Positions 1 to 9,718 of a DNA stretch of 62,862 bases are shown here, piece by piece (positions within the stretch are counted from its first letter, which is position 1; each line of letters opens with the position of its first letter). Under the pieces are notes generated by a model. That model worked only from the letters and a program-made list of their open reading frames with translations, was not told the origin of the DNA and did not search any database. The position numbers and the translations under genes were made by a program. Source of the stretch: an uncultured Prevotella sp. (lineage in GTDB: Bacteria; Bacteroidota; Bacteroidia; Bacteroidales; Bacteroidaceae); NCBI GenBank assembly GCA_945830345.1, contig CALZYS010000001.1, positions 1 through 62,862 of the forward strand, written 5' to 3'.

Positions 1-2
1 AC

Positions 3-1118
3 CAAGCTGGTAATCATGTGTCTTTCATAAAATTCTTAGGTCTTCTTCGTGGAATATACCTGAATCGTGATGTCGTTCCCACATTCCAGTCCATCATCCT
101 TGCAGGCGTTTACGACATCAAGAACCTCAAACTGAAGATGCGTCCTGAGGATCAGCATCAGTACAATAGCCCTTGGAATATTGCCGTTCCTTTCGATGTC
201 GATATGAGTCTTTCGGCTGACGGTATAGCGGGAATGCTTGCAGAATACAAGGCTGACCATGGATTGGAGTTTGACGAAAAGTCTGTGGCTCAGATGATTC
301 GCGACTATACCTCCGGCTATCCGTTCCTTGTGAGCCGTATCTGTCAGATTATAGATGCAGAGCAGTATTCGTGGGATAAGGAAGGTGTCCTCAAAGCCGT
401 TAATGCAATATTGATGGAGCGAAACACCCTCTTCGACAATATGATGAAGAAGCTGGACGACTATCCTGAACTTAAGCAGATATTAAAGGATATCCTCCTA
501 TCAGGCAAAGACAGTTCTTATAATCCTGACGAGAAGTACGTTCAAATTGCAGCCATGTTTAACTACATTGTCAATAAGAATGGCAGAATAGCCGTGGCAT
601 GCAGAATCATGGAGACTCGTCTTTACAACCTGTTTCTCAAAGAAGAAGAGAACTCCGTCATCTATAGGCAAGGACAAATTGACAAGAACCAGTTCATCAA
701 GGACGGCATCATAGACATGGCTCACCTCTTGGAGCGTTTTGTCGTTCACATGAACCAAACCTACAAGATGAATCATGACACCGAATTCATAGAGAACGAT
801 GCGCGCAAAGTGTTCCTTACATACCTGCGTCCTGTAATCAATGGAATAGGCAGCTACCATATCGAAGAGCAGACACGCGACAACGACCGCATGGACGTAG
901 TGGTTGACTACCTCGGCAAACAGTACGTTGTCGAACTGAAGATATGGCGAGGCAACGCTTACAATGAGCGTGGAGAGGAACAGCTGTGCCGTTATCTTGA
1001 ATACTTCGACCTGCAGCAAGGCTATCTCCTCAGCTTCTGCTTCAACAAGACAAAGAAGTCAGGTCTGCTGCCGCCAGTAGTGCTGAAGGGACGCACGTTG
1101 ATAGAGGCGATTGTCTAA
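3..1118 (+). CDS. AAA-ATPase-like protein with C-terminal PD-(D/E)XK nuclease domain (5'-truncated by window)
   Basis: Frame is open to the window edge (QAGNHVSF...). Contains YTSGYPFLVS and C-terminal RMDVVVDY...VVELKIW...GEEQL..YL, a PD-(D/E)XK-type motif. Confidence 0.75.
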   Translation, partial: QAGNHVSFIKFLGLLRGIYLNRDVVPTFQSIILAGVYDIKNLKLKMRPEDQHQYNSPWNIAVPFDVDMSLSADGIAGMLAEYKADHGLEFDEKSVAQMIRDYTSGYPFLVSRICQIIDAEQYSWDKEGVLKAVNAILMERNTLFDNMMKKLDDYPELKQILKDILLSGKDSSYNPDEKYVQIAAMFNYIVNKNGRIAVACRIMETRLYNLFLKEEENSVIYRQGQIDKNQFIKDGIIDMAHLLERFVVHMNQTYKMNHDTEFIENDARKVFLTYLRPVINGIGSYHIEEQTRDNDRMDVVVDYLGKQYVVELKIWRGNAYNERGEEQLCRYLEYFDLQQGYLLSFCFNKTKKSGLLPPVVLKGRTLIEAIV

Positions 1119-1248
1119 TGGACGATAACCATCAAATCTGACTTCGTGGGCTTATGATTTTGATAAATAAAAAGAAACTTTCGAATCTGGCATTATTATC
1201 AATAATTTTGGTATTAAGCCAATATTTCGTATCTGCCCAATCAAAATA

Positions 1249-1554
1249 ATGAATAGAAAACGTATTAAGGAAGAAAAGACTGTGGTGGAGCAGATGATAC
1301 GTCTGTATTGCAGGAAACATGAAGGGCATACCGAGCTATGCCCAAGTTGTCAGGAACTGTTGGATTATGCCCACAGCCGACTTGACCGCTGCCGTTACGG
1401 CGAAGAAAAAACCACCTGCAAAAAATGCCCAACCCATTGCTATCGACCAGAGATGAAGGAAAAAATCAGGAAGGTCATGCGTTGGTCGGGACCAAGGATG
1501 ATACTCTATCATCCACTTGCGGCTATCAGGCATTTGCTACGAGAGATAGAATGA
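1249..1554 (+). CDS. Nitrous oxide-stimulated promoter (YgbA-like) family protein, copy 1
   Basis: EKxxVxxMIxLYC, CxxC, CKKCPTHCY and MRWSGPRMIL motifs. 95/100 aa identical to copy at 11620. Confidence 0.85.
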   Translation: MNRKRIKEEKTVVEQMIRLYCRKHEGHTELCPSCQELLDYAHSRLDRCRYGEEKTTCKKCPTHCYRPEMKEKIRKVMRWSGPRMILYHPLAAIRHLLREIE

Positions 1555-1566
1555 ATATAAAAATAG

Positions 1567-1595
1567 ATTATGACCGCACCGAATATAGAATCGTG
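1567..1595 (+). pseudogene. 5' fragment of the small Cys-rich gene at 8852
   Basis: attatgaccgcacc is identical to 8849-8862; reads MTAPNIES versus MTAPSIES. Confidence 0.55.
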
Positions 1596-1667
1596 TTCTC
1601 ATCAAATTCTAAGCGTCATTATTGAATAATTAAAATGCCTATAGTAATAAACCCACGAAGCCCGAAC

Positions 1668-1740
1668 GGTACAGAGGATTGTCACCTATTCCACCCAGGG
1701 GGCTGTCACCTATATCACCCTTTACCACATCTCCTGTACC
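1668..1740. repeat. Short element with terminal inverted repeats and an internal direct repeat
   Basis: Ends ggtacag...ctgtacc; internal tgtcacctattccaccc (1680) and tgtcacctatatcaccc (1704). Confidence 0.45.
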
Positions 1741-1746
1741 ACAGTT

Positions 1747-1812
1747 TTGTTAAATACCCATAAATATCAAGCACAATTTATTCATATATTGGGTATTTTA
1801 ATTATCTTTGCC
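1747..1812 (+). promoter_or_regulatory. Bacteroidetes promoter, paralogous to 10531-10596
   Basis: TATCTTTG -7 box at 1803-1810; 51/66 ungapped identity to 10531-10596. Confidence 0.7.
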
Positions 1813-1924
1813 AATCAAAATCATACATAAGAATATGAGAAGATTCATCCGTAAGATAAAAATAGAATGACTAATACTTTATGGACAATATATCCCATTT
1901 CCGTTCGCTCAACGAACTGATGTC

Positions 1925-2010
1925 TCTGTTGGCTTGTAGCCCACCACCACACTTACCATGTCTGCGAGGATTTGGATTATCAGATATTCATAGAGACAGA
2001 TTTCTTAGTA
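1925..2010 (+). pseudogene. Internal fragment of the HD-domain gene
   Basis: 79/86 nt identical to 9356-9441 (CWLVAHHHTYHVCEDLDYQ). Confidence 0.9.
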
Positions 2011-2032
2011 TTAACAGAAAAAAATGTAAATT

Positions 2033-4297
2033 ATGAGAAACTATAAGTATTTTATCACAGGAGCATTGACAGCATTGGCTCCTCTTTTCGTTCATGCACA
2101 AAGCATAAGGCAAAACTTCGATTTGGGCTGGCAATTCTCGGAAAACAAGGGGAACTGGCAGCGAGTTGACCTGCCACACGACTGGGACATCCATCATGCC
2201 CCGAAAGCTGATGCTCCGACAGGCAATGACGGGGGATATTATCCCGCGGGATATGGTTGCTACAAAAAGACGTTCACCGCACCCATATTGAAACAGGGCG
2301 ATGCTTTGAAACTTCATTTTGATGGTGTCTATCAGAATTGTGAGGTATATATCAACGGGCACTTGGCAGGAAGGCATGGCTACGGCTATACACCATTCCA
2401 CATCGACATAACGAAGCTGGTCAAGGATGGACAGAACGAGGTGGAGATAAGGGTTGATAATGTGGGGCAGCCAAGTTGCCGTTGGTATAGTGGTTCGGGC
2501 ATATACCGCCATGTGTGGCTCGAAACCTACAAGGCTAACGCCATTGATGACCCAAAGAAGCTGTTCGTAACAACCCAACAACTCTATAATATATCCGCCG
2601 ACGGCACGCGTGCCGATTCCGCAATACTGAGCATCGAATATGACGGCAAACCACTTGAAACACGCCTCATGAAAGATGTAAGGCTCTGGAGTCCCGAGCA
2701 TCCTGTGCTCTATGACATCAAGGTGGGAGAACTGAACGTAAAGCACGGATTCCGCACCTTCTCCTACGATGCCGAGAATGGGTTTGTGCTCAATGGCATA
2801 CCCACTATTATCAATGGTGCCTGCGTGCATCACGACAACGGCGTGATAGGTGCCATGTCGTTCGATGCCGCCGAGATACGCAAGGTGCGACTGATGAAAG
2901 AGTCGGGATTCAACCTTATCCGCACCTCACACAATCCCCAGTCGGCTGCCTTCTATGCGGCATGCGACAGCCTTGGCATGATGGTCATCGACGAGGCTTT
3001 CGATGGTTGGTACACTCAAAAGACTCCCTACGACTACCACCTGCTGATCGACTCTTGCTATCAGGAGGATATTGCCGCCATGGTGTTGCGCGACCGCAAC
3101 CATCCGAGCATCGTATGCTGGAGTATCGGCAATGAAGTAATCGAGCGCAAGGAACTGCGTGTGGTACAGACAGCCAAGAATCTTAAGAACACCATTCTCA
3201 AGTACGACAAGACCCGCCCTGTCACCGAGGCCCTCTGTGCCTGGGACAGCGACTGGGAAATATTCGACCCCCATGCCGAAGTGCTCGACATCGTGGGCTA
3301 CAACTACATGATGCACAAGGCCGAGAGCGACCATGAGCGCTGCCCGGAGCGTGTGATGTGGCAGACGGAAAGTTATCCACGCGACGCCTTTGCCAACTGG
3401 AAGCATACCATGGAGCGTCCTTACATCATAGGTGATATTGTCTGGACAGGACTCGACTACCTGGGCGAGTCGGGCATCGGACAATTCTACTACGAGGACG
3501 AAACGGCAGGCGAGCATTATTTGCGTCCACACTTCCCGTTCCATGGCGCCTACTGTGGTGATGTAGATATAACAGGCTGGCGAAAGCCTATCTCGCATTA
3601 TCGTGACATGTTGTATAACATTAAGGAAGGCGACACCGGCTATATATACATGGCGGTGAAGGAACATTCCGACTTCCACAAAAAGGGCGGAAAGATTTCC
3701 GAGACGATGTGGTCGGTATGGCCTACATGGGAATCATGGAACTGGCCAGGCATGGAGGGAAAGAACCTTGAAGTGGAGATATACAGCAAGGCGCCAATGG
3801 TGAAACTATATCTCAACGGCAAGTTGCTGTCAAGCGGCAAACCGTCAGTCGGCAACAAATACATTCTCAATGTCTCAGTGCCATACGAGCCAGGCGAACT
3901 GCGTGCTGCAGCATGCGATGCAGACGGACGGGAATATGCCACGACTAAACTCACAACTGCGGGAGAACCTTATGCAATTCGTCTTACACCGGAAAGCTGC
4001 AATCTCAAGGCAGGTGCATCAGACCTTCTATATGTCACTCTTGAGGTAATTGACAAGAACGGCAATGTGTGTCCTAATGCCGCTATCCCCGTGGATATTG
4101 CAGTCTCAGGCTCAGGAACGCTGCTTGCCGCCGCCTCTTCCAACTTCAAGGATTTGGAGCCCAAGACTTCCAACCACGTTACCACATACAAGGGACGCGC
4201 CCTTGTGGTGGTGCGCAGTGGCATGAAGAAAGGAATGGCAAGAATCTCCGCCAAATCAGCCAATATTGACGGAAATCTAAGGATAAAAGTAAAATGA
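2033..4297 (+). CDS. Glycoside hydrolase family 2 (beta-galactosidase-like), secreted
   Basis: Signal peptide; LPHDW, RWYSGSGIYR, IRTSHNP, RDRNHPSI..WSIGNE and WTGLDYLGE motifs. Confidence 0.93.
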   Translation: MRNYKYFITGALTALAPLFVHAQSIRQNFDLGWQFSENKGNWQRVDLPHDWDIHHAPKADAPTGNDGGYYPAGYGCYKKTFTAPILKQGDALKLHFDGVYQNCEVYINGHLAGRHGYGYTPFHIDITKLVKDGQNEVEIRVDNVGQPSCRWYSGSGIYRHVWLETYKANAIDDPKKLFVTTQQLYNISADGTRADSAILSIEYDGKPLETRLMKDVRLWSPEHPVLYDIKVGELNVKHGFRTFSYDAENGFVLNGIPTIINGACVHHDNGVIGAMSFDAAEIRKVRLMKESGFNLIRTSHNPQSAAFYAACDSLGMMVIDEAFDGWYTQKTPYDYHLLIDSCYQEDIAAMVLRDRNHPSIVCWSIGNEVIERKELRVVQTAKNLKNTILKYDKTRPVTEALCAWDSDWEIFDPHAEVLDIVGYNYMMHKAESDHERCPERVMWQTESYPRDAFANWKHTMERPYIIGDIVWTGLDYLGESGIGQFYYEDETAGEHYLRPHFPFHGAYCGDVDITGWRKPISHYRDMLYNIKEGDTGYIYMAVKEHSDFHKKGGKISETMWSVWPTWESWNWPGMEGKNLEVEIYSKAPMVKLYLNGKLLSSGKPSVGNKYILNVSVPYEPGELRAAACDADGREYATTKLTTAGEPYAIRLTPESCNLKAGASDLLYVTLEVIDKNGNVCPNAAIPVDIAVSGSGTLLAAASSNFKDLEPKTSNHVTTYKGRALVVVRSGMKKGMARISAKSANIDGNLRIKVK

Positions 4298-4317
4298 CAT
4301 TAAAAATAGAATTTGCG

Positions 4318-5028
4318 ATGAAACACTATATAATTCCTTTCGCATTGCTGGCATTGATGACGGCATGCGGCGGCAACAACAATGGCAAAAGCCAAGAGAA
4401 CGTAGAACAAAACAACAAGGTTATGACACTGAATATCGACAATTTCAAGTGGACACGACAACCCGAGAGTTGCATCATCAAGGGTGACACCATCGAAGTC
4501 GTGACCAAACCGGGCACCGACCTATGGCAACGTACATACTACCACTTCCGCAACGACAACGCCCCAGTATTCCAGATGGAGACAGAGGAGAAGTTCTTCA
4601 GCTTCGTGGTAAAGACCGACTTCACAGAAAGCCACCATCGCTTCGACCAGTGCGGCATCGTGATGTATCTCGACAGCGAGAACTGGCTGAAAGGCAGTGT
4701 GGAATACGAGAACGAGGAGTTTCAGCACTTGGGTAGCGTGGTGACCAACAACGGATACTCCGACTGGGCAACCACAGCCATTCCCGCCAATGTGAAGACG
4801 ATGTGGTATCGCCTCTCGCGCCGAGAGGATGATTATTGCATAGAGTGCTCGCAGGACGGAGAACACTTCACCCAGATGCGCGTATGCCACATGCACCAAG
4901 GCGCAGGGAAGATACGTTTCGGCATCTACGCCTGCTCTCCCGAGGAGTCATCCTTCAAGGCCATATTCACCGACATGAAGCTGACTGAATGTGCATGGAA
5001 GGCTCACGACGGACAGCAGCCAGACTGA
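4318..5028 (+). CDS. DUF1349 (concanavalin-like) domain lipoprotein
   Basis: Lipobox LMTAC; TDLWQRTYY, FDQCG and SVVTNNGYSDW motifs. Alternative start at 4294 overlaps the GH2 stop. Confidence 0.82.
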   Translation: MKHYIIPFALLALMTACGGNNNGKSQENVEQNNKVMTLNIDNFKWTRQPESCIIKGDTIEVVTKPGTDLWQRTYYHFRNDNAPVFQMETEEKFFSFVVKTDFTESHHRFDQCGIVMYLDSENWLKGSVEYENEEFQHLGSVVTNNGYSDWATTAIPANVKTMWYRLSRREDDYCIECSQDGEHFTQMRVCHMHQGAGKIRFGIYACSPEESSFKAIFTDMKLTECAWKAHDGQQPD

Positions 5029-5057
5029 CATTTGCAACTAAAGAGACTAATGTTTCT

Positions 5058-5798
5058 ATGAGAAACAGACGTAATGTGATTGTTATGGGAGCCACCTCGG
5101 GCATTGGCTATGAGGTGGCAAAGATTCTTGCCAGTCGGGGATGGAGGGTCGGTGTGGCAGGAAGAAGGGAAGACATACTGGCCCAAATGGTAGCCGAGAC
5201 AGATGGCATCGTGGCATACGAGGTGATTGATGTCATCATCCCGGATGCTGTTGACGGTATGCACAATCTCATCGACAAGTTGGGAGGTATGGACCTGTAT
5301 TTCCACAGTTCAGGTATCGGATATCAGAACATAGAACTCGATGCCGACAAGGAATTGAGAACTATCGAGACCAACTGCCTCGGTATGGCAAGACTTGCTG
5401 GTGAGGCATTCCGCTATTTTGAGCAACACCCGGAAATAGAAGGGCATATAGCCGTAATCAGTTCCATAGCACGTACAAAAGGCCTCGGCGCCGCACCGGC
5501 ATATTCCGCATCAAAGCGATTCACCAGTCATTATCTCGAAAGCCTCAGCCAACTGACGGCTATAAGAAACATCCACAATATTCATATCTCCGACATACGT
5601 CCGGGATTCGTCAAGACCCCGATGATAGAGGGCAGTAATTTCCCGATGCAACTTGATGTACGGAAAGTTGCCGTCAACATAGTCAATGGACTTGAAAGGC
5701 GCAAGCCAGTAATCACCGTCAACTGGTTCTACCGCCTGCTTGTCTTCTTCTGGCAGATGACACCAAGGTTCATGTGGATAAGAATGAAAATAAAATAA
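5058..5798 (+). CDS. Short-chain dehydrogenase/reductase
   Basis: GATSGIG Rossmann motif, YSASK catalytic motif, PGFVKT. Confidence 0.9.
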   Translation: MRNRRNVIVMGATSGIGYEVAKILASRGWRVGVAGRREDILAQMVAETDGIVAYEVIDVIIPDAVDGMHNLIDKLGGMDLYFHSSGIGYQNIELDADKELRTIETNCLGMARLAGEAFRYFEQHPEIEGHIAVISSIARTKGLGAAPAYSASKRFTSHYLESLSQLTAIRNIHNIHISDIRPGFVKTPMIEGSNFPMQLDVRKVAVNIVNGLERRKPVITVNWFYRLLVFFWQMTPRFMWIRMKIK

Positions 5799-5815
5799 CA
5801 CATTAATTATTAAAC

Positions 5816-6202
5816 ATGAAAAAGTTATTTATGATTATCTCTGCCGTATTGTGCAACCTTCTGGGATGCACTGCACAGCAACAGAAGTATGAAAGCCTTA
5901 ACACCGAGGCTTTCGAACAAGTAATATCAGATACGTCTGTAGTAAGGCTTGACGTGCGTACGATTGACGAGTATTCAAGTGGACACATCACCAATGCCGT
6001 CAACATCGACGTGACGAAAGACGACTTCGAGGCACGAGCCACATCCCTCCTGCCCAAGGACAAGACCATTGCTGTTTATTGCCGTAGCGGCAGACGAAGC
6101 AAAAAGGCAGCGGGAATACTTGTTGAAAACGGATACAAAGTGATAGAACTCAACAACGGTATTACTGGCTGGATAAATGCCGGCAAGAAAACCGTAAGAT
6201 AA
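5816..6202 (+). CDS. Rhodanese-like domain protein, exported or lipoprotein
   Basis: LDVRTxxEY...GHI..A.NI and YCRSGRRS; N-terminal LLGC. Confidence 0.9.
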   Translation: MKKLFMIISAVLCNLLGCTAQQQKYESLNTEAFEQVISDTSVVRLDVRTIDEYSSGHITNAVNIDVTKDDFEARATSLLPKDKTIAVYCRSGRRSKKAAGILVENGYKVIELNNGITGWINAGKKTVR

Positions 6203-6208
6203 CAGAAT

Positions 6209-6503
6209 ATGTCAAGAAAGAAGACTCTACGATGCCAGTCGTGCGACTATGAGGTTGAACTGTATGAAGGTCGTGGACTGTTTCAGCAGCAGATAATCGC
6301 AATGGAGTGCTGCGACTGCCATACGATACAGAACATTGTGGTCGGGGGAATAATCGGCGAGGTCGCTCCTTCATTCAACAGTGAGGCTGGGCGGTTATGT
6401 CCTCAGTGCAGCAGTATGAACATCCGCAGATGGAATCTCCTCAACCTGCCCAAAGTGCGGTGGTGAGATGACTGCAACGGGCAAAGATGATTTTGGGACA
6501 TAA
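6209..6503 (+). pseudogene. Multi-CxxC zinc-ribbon protein, frameshifted copy
   Basis: Paralog of 12512-12805. One extra base near 6443; the shifted frame continues TCPKCGGEMTATGKDDFGT* to 6503. Confidence 0.8.
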
Positions 6504-6592
6504 TTGTAAAGTTGGCAGAATCGTTTGCCAAAGGAGCATCAATATAATATCAAAAGAAAGTGTAAAAAGTCATAGGCATTATTAAGAAAAAA

Positions 6593-7300
6593 ATGGAATA
6601 TAAAGATAAGATAGCAGTAGTGACAGGCGGTGCGCATGGCATCGGCAAATGTGTCGCAGAGGAGTTCCGCAAGAGAGGGGCTTCGGTTGCGGTCATTGAT
6701 GTGCGAGAGGGCGACCATTTCGTTGGAGACATATCCAAGAAAGAGGTGTTGGAAGCCTTTGCCAGTAGGGTTATCAGCAAGTACGGAAAAGTGGATTATA
6801 TCGTCAACAATGCCCTGCCACTGATGAAGGGCTTGGATGAATGTTCGTGGGAGGAGTTTCAGTATGCTTTGGCTGTCGGAGTGACTGCACCTTTCTATCT
6901 TGTAAAGCTACTCGCTCCGTTTCTTGCCATAGGAGCAGCGATAGTAAACATATCGTCCTCGCGCGACCGTATGAGTCAGCCGCAGACGGAGAGCTACACG
7001 GCTGCCAAGGGAGGCATTGCCGCCCTCACCCATGCGCTCGCTGTTAGTTTGGCTGGGAAGGCAAGGGTCAACTCCATTTCCCCTGGATGGATTGACACTG
7101 ACTATAAGGAATACGAAGGCGCAGATGCCGTGCAGCAGCCGGCAGGACGTGTGGGCAATCCGATGGACATCGCCAACATGGTGCTGTATCTCTGTTCGGA
7201 CAAGGCTGGATTCATCACAGGCGAGAATATCTGCATCGACGGCGGTATGACAAGACAGATGATTTACCATGGTGATTATGGTTGGACGCTGACTTCGTAG
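6593..7300 (+). CDS. Short-chain dehydrogenase/reductase
   Basis: TGGAHGIG, NNA, YTAAK and VNSISPGWI motifs. Confidence 0.92.
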   Translation: MEYKDKIAVVTGGAHGIGKCVAEEFRKRGASVAVIDVREGDHFVGDISKKEVLEAFASRVISKYGKVDYIVNNALPLMKGLDECSWEEFQYALAVGVTAPFYLVKLLAPFLAIGAAIVNISSSRDRMSQPQTESYTAAKGGIAALTHALAVSLAGKARVNSISPGWIDTDYKEYEGADAVQQPAGRVGNPMDIANMVLYLCSDKAGFITGENICIDGGMTRQMIYHGDYGWTLTS

Positions 7301-7389
7301 AAGGCTGACTGCACCTCAGCATTCGGTTTGCACAGCCATTGAATGAACAAAGACAGAAGACAAAAACATGAACAAAAAAGAATATGCAC

Positions 7390-7476
7390 AAGCCAACCGA
7401 AGGAGCAGCGAGAGCAGAAGCCATGCCCGCATGGATTATGCCGAGTCGTGACAGAGGAAGGCGAAGCCAACCGAAG
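7390..7476. repeat. Small palindromic interspersed element flanked by a 13-bp direct repeat
   Basis: aagccaaccgaag at 7390-7402 and 7464-7476; core gcagcgagagcag-hairpin-tatgccgagt. Follows a truncated start MNKKEYAQANR (7368). Confidence 0.7.
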
Positions 7477-7529
7477 ATTATAAGGGAAGATAAAATACAA
7501 GAGTTAATAACAAGATAATAGAAAGAACT

Positions 7530-8099
7530 ATGAAATCATTTGGACAAAAATCGTGGATGCTTCCACAACCAGTGCTGATTATCGGCACATTCGACAAGAA
7601 CGGCAAACCCAATGCTATGAACGCCGCATGGGGCGGTCAATGGGATGCCAAGGAGATAATGATTGCCATGGGCGCACATGCCACTACGGAGAATCTGAAC
7701 AACTGTCCAGATTTTACTGTGGCATTTGCAACCCAAGAAACTATGGTGGCATCTGACTTCGTGGGCATCGTATCAGCCAAGAACAATGCTGACAAAATTG
7801 CGAAGACAGGTTGGAGATACGAGAAGTCAGAAAATGTCAACGCTCCCGTCTTCACCGACTTCCCCATGACTTTGGAGTGTCGTATAAAAGAGAAAATCGA
7901 CGAGTCGGAAGAGGGATATTACATCGTGGCAGAGATAGTGAACATCCTCGTAGATGAAAAGTATCTTACTGAGGATGGCAAACCCGACGTGGAGAAGATG
8001 CAACTCATCACCTACGACCCTGTCCATCACGGTTATATCGCCTTGGGGCAACGTGTGGGCAATGCGTTTGCAGACGGCAAGCAGTTATTTTGCAATTGA
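7530..8099 (+). CDS. Flavin reductase (flavoredoxin) family protein
   Basis: PQPVLIIGT...PNAMNAAWGG, GIVS, VNAP...PMTLEC motifs. Confidence 0.9.
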   Translation: MKSFGQKSWMLPQPVLIIGTFDKNGKPNAMNAAWGGQWDAKEIMIAMGAHATTENLNNCPDFTVAFATQETMVASDFVGIVSAKNNADKIAKTGWRYEKSENVNAPVFTDFPMTLECRIKEKIDESEEGYYIVAEIVNILVDEKYLTEDGKPDVEKMQLITYDPVHHGYIALGQRVGNAFADGKQLFCN

Positions 8100-8130
8100 C
8101 AAAACAAACTGCAGAAGAAATTATTAAAAG

Positions 8131-8811
8131 ATGAAAGAAATAATTGATTTTCTGCGCGACCTTTCGTGCAATAACAACAGGGAGTGGTTTACTGCCAACA
8201 AGCAACGATATCAGGAGGTATTGTCGCGTTGGCATGAGTTCTGCGAGAAACTCATTCAGGAAGTCGGACGATTTGACCCGGACATAGCCTGCCTGACAGT
8301 CAAGGACTGCACTTACCGCATTTATCGCGACACACGTTTTAGTGCAGACAAGAGTCCTTACAAGACTCATTTCGGCGTGTTCCTGTCAAAAGGCGGAAAG
8401 AAATCAATGCACGCCGGCTACTACTTCCATATAGGAACCGGCTCAGGGAATGAATACCCCCATTGCCACATGATTGCATCGGGAAACTATTGCTTCGCCC
8501 CACACGTGGTCAAGATGCTTCGCGAAGACATCAGTTTCGGATGGGAGGAGTTCAAGACGGATGTCCTTGATGTTGCCGACCCTTCGTTCACGGTGGATAT
8601 GGAAGGAGCACTGAAGCGAGTGCCGAAGGATTATCCTGCCGATGCACCATACGCAGACTTCATGCGCCTGAAGAGTTTCTCATTGGTCACTTACCTCGAC
8701 AATGATTTCATTCTCAAGCCTGGTCTTGTGAAACGCGTGTCAGAACTGTTCAAGACCGTAAAGCCTTTCAACGACTATATCAACCGGGCGGTAGATTATA
8801 AAGAAGATTGA
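8131..8811 (+). CDS. DUF2461 (TIGR02453) family protein
   Basis: NNNREWF, RIYRDTRFS.DKSPYKT and GYYFHI motifs. Confidence 0.9.
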   Translation: MKEIIDFLRDLSCNNNREWFTANKQRYQEVLSRWHEFCEKLIQEVGRFDPDIACLTVKDCTYRIYRDTRFSADKSPYKTHFGVFLSKGGKKSMHAGYYFHIGTGSGNEYPHCHMIASGNYCFAPHVVKMLREDISFGWEEFKTDVLDVADPSFTVDMEGALKRVPKDYPADAPYADFMRLKSFSLVTYLDNDFILKPGLVKRVSELFKTVKPFNDYINRAVDYKED

Positions 8812-8851
8812 CGTGGATTTGAAGGAAAATACACATACTGTTTGGACAATT

Positions 8852-9058
8852 ATGACCGCACCTTCAATTGAGTCATCCACACGAGAAGAACGTTTGGATT
8901 ACGTCCTGAATGAATGGAGATGTCTGCACAACTGCGAGTTGTGCGGCAAGTGTCACGTTCTGAAAGGCAGAAATGAAGAGCAACTTTATGCCGACTATAT
9001 TGACGGCAAGCGGTCGTATATGGATATAACCTTGGAAATAAGAAGCAACAGATTATGA
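8852..9058 (+). CDS. Small Cys-rich hypothetical protein (CLHNCELCGKC)
   Basis: ATG at 8852 preferred over GTG at 8813 because the fragment at 1567 begins at the same point. Stop overlaps the HD gene start. Confidence 0.65.
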   Translation: MTAPSIESSTREERLDYVLNEWRCLHNCELCGKCHVLKGRNEEQLYADYIDGKRSYMDITLEIRSNRL

Positions 9059-9555
9059 ACAAGATTGAAGAATTGGCTCTCGCCATGATTGACTATAACA
9101 ATGGCGACCCGAGGCGCATTCAGCATACCACTAAAGTGCATGCCTACGCCTCATTGATAGGCAGACACGAAGGCCTGGACGAGGAAACTCTGTTCATCCT
9201 CGAAAGTGCAGCCCTAGTGCATGACATTGGTATTAGGGCAAGCGAGCAGAAGTATGGGTATCAGAATGGCAAACTACAGGAACAGGAGGGTCCTGCTGTC
9301 GCCCGTGAGTTGCTCGCACAAATAGGAGGATATACCTACCGACAGATTGAACGTATCTGTTGGCTTGTAGCCCACCATCATACTTACCATGTCTGCGAGG
9401 ATTTGGATTACCAAATACTCATCGAGGCAGATTTCTTAGTAAATCTGTATGAGGACAATGAATCAATGAATGCAATAAGTGCAGCGCGCAGGAACATCTT
9501 CCGAACTGAGAGCGGAACAAGGATGCTTGAAACAATGTTCGGTATAAATGAATAA
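9055..9555 (+). CDS. HD-domain phosphohydrolase
   Basis: H..KVH, LVHDIG, AHHH and EADFLVN motifs. Confidence 0.9.
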   Translation: MNKIEELALAMIDYNNGDPRRIQHTTKVHAYASLIGRHEGLDEETLFILESAALVHDIGIRASEQKYGYQNGKLQEQEGPAVARELLAQIGGYTYRQIERICWLVAHHHTYHVCEDLDYQILIEADFLVNLYEDNESMNAISAARRNIFRTESGTRMLETMFGINE

Positions 9556-9556
9556 A

Positions 9557-9596
9557 CATTGCAGCCATCAGGCATCTGATACGAGAGATTAAATAA
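9557..9596 (+). pseudogene. Orphan 3' end of the ygbA-like gene
   Basis: 31/33 nt identical to 11886-11918; reads IAAIRHLIREIK*. Confidence 0.8.
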
Positions 9597-9603
9597 ACAT
9601 TAA

Positions 9604-9667
9604 ATTCACCGACATGAAGCTTACCGAATGTGCATGGAAGGCTCACGACGGGCAGCAGCCTGATTAA
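9604..9667 (+). pseudogene. Orphan 3' end of the DUF1349 gene
   Basis: 58/64 nt identical to 4965-5028, all changes silent (FTDMKLTECAWKAHDGQQPD*). Confidence 0.9.
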
Positions 9668-9718
9668 CTGATCAACGTAACACTTCAAATCAAATGAATT
9701 GATATTCATAACAAACAA

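Noticed and set aside
6209-6503. Programmed frameshift in the Zn-ribbon copy
   Set aside because: No slippery run at the site, and an intact paralog exists; mutation or sequencing error is simpler.
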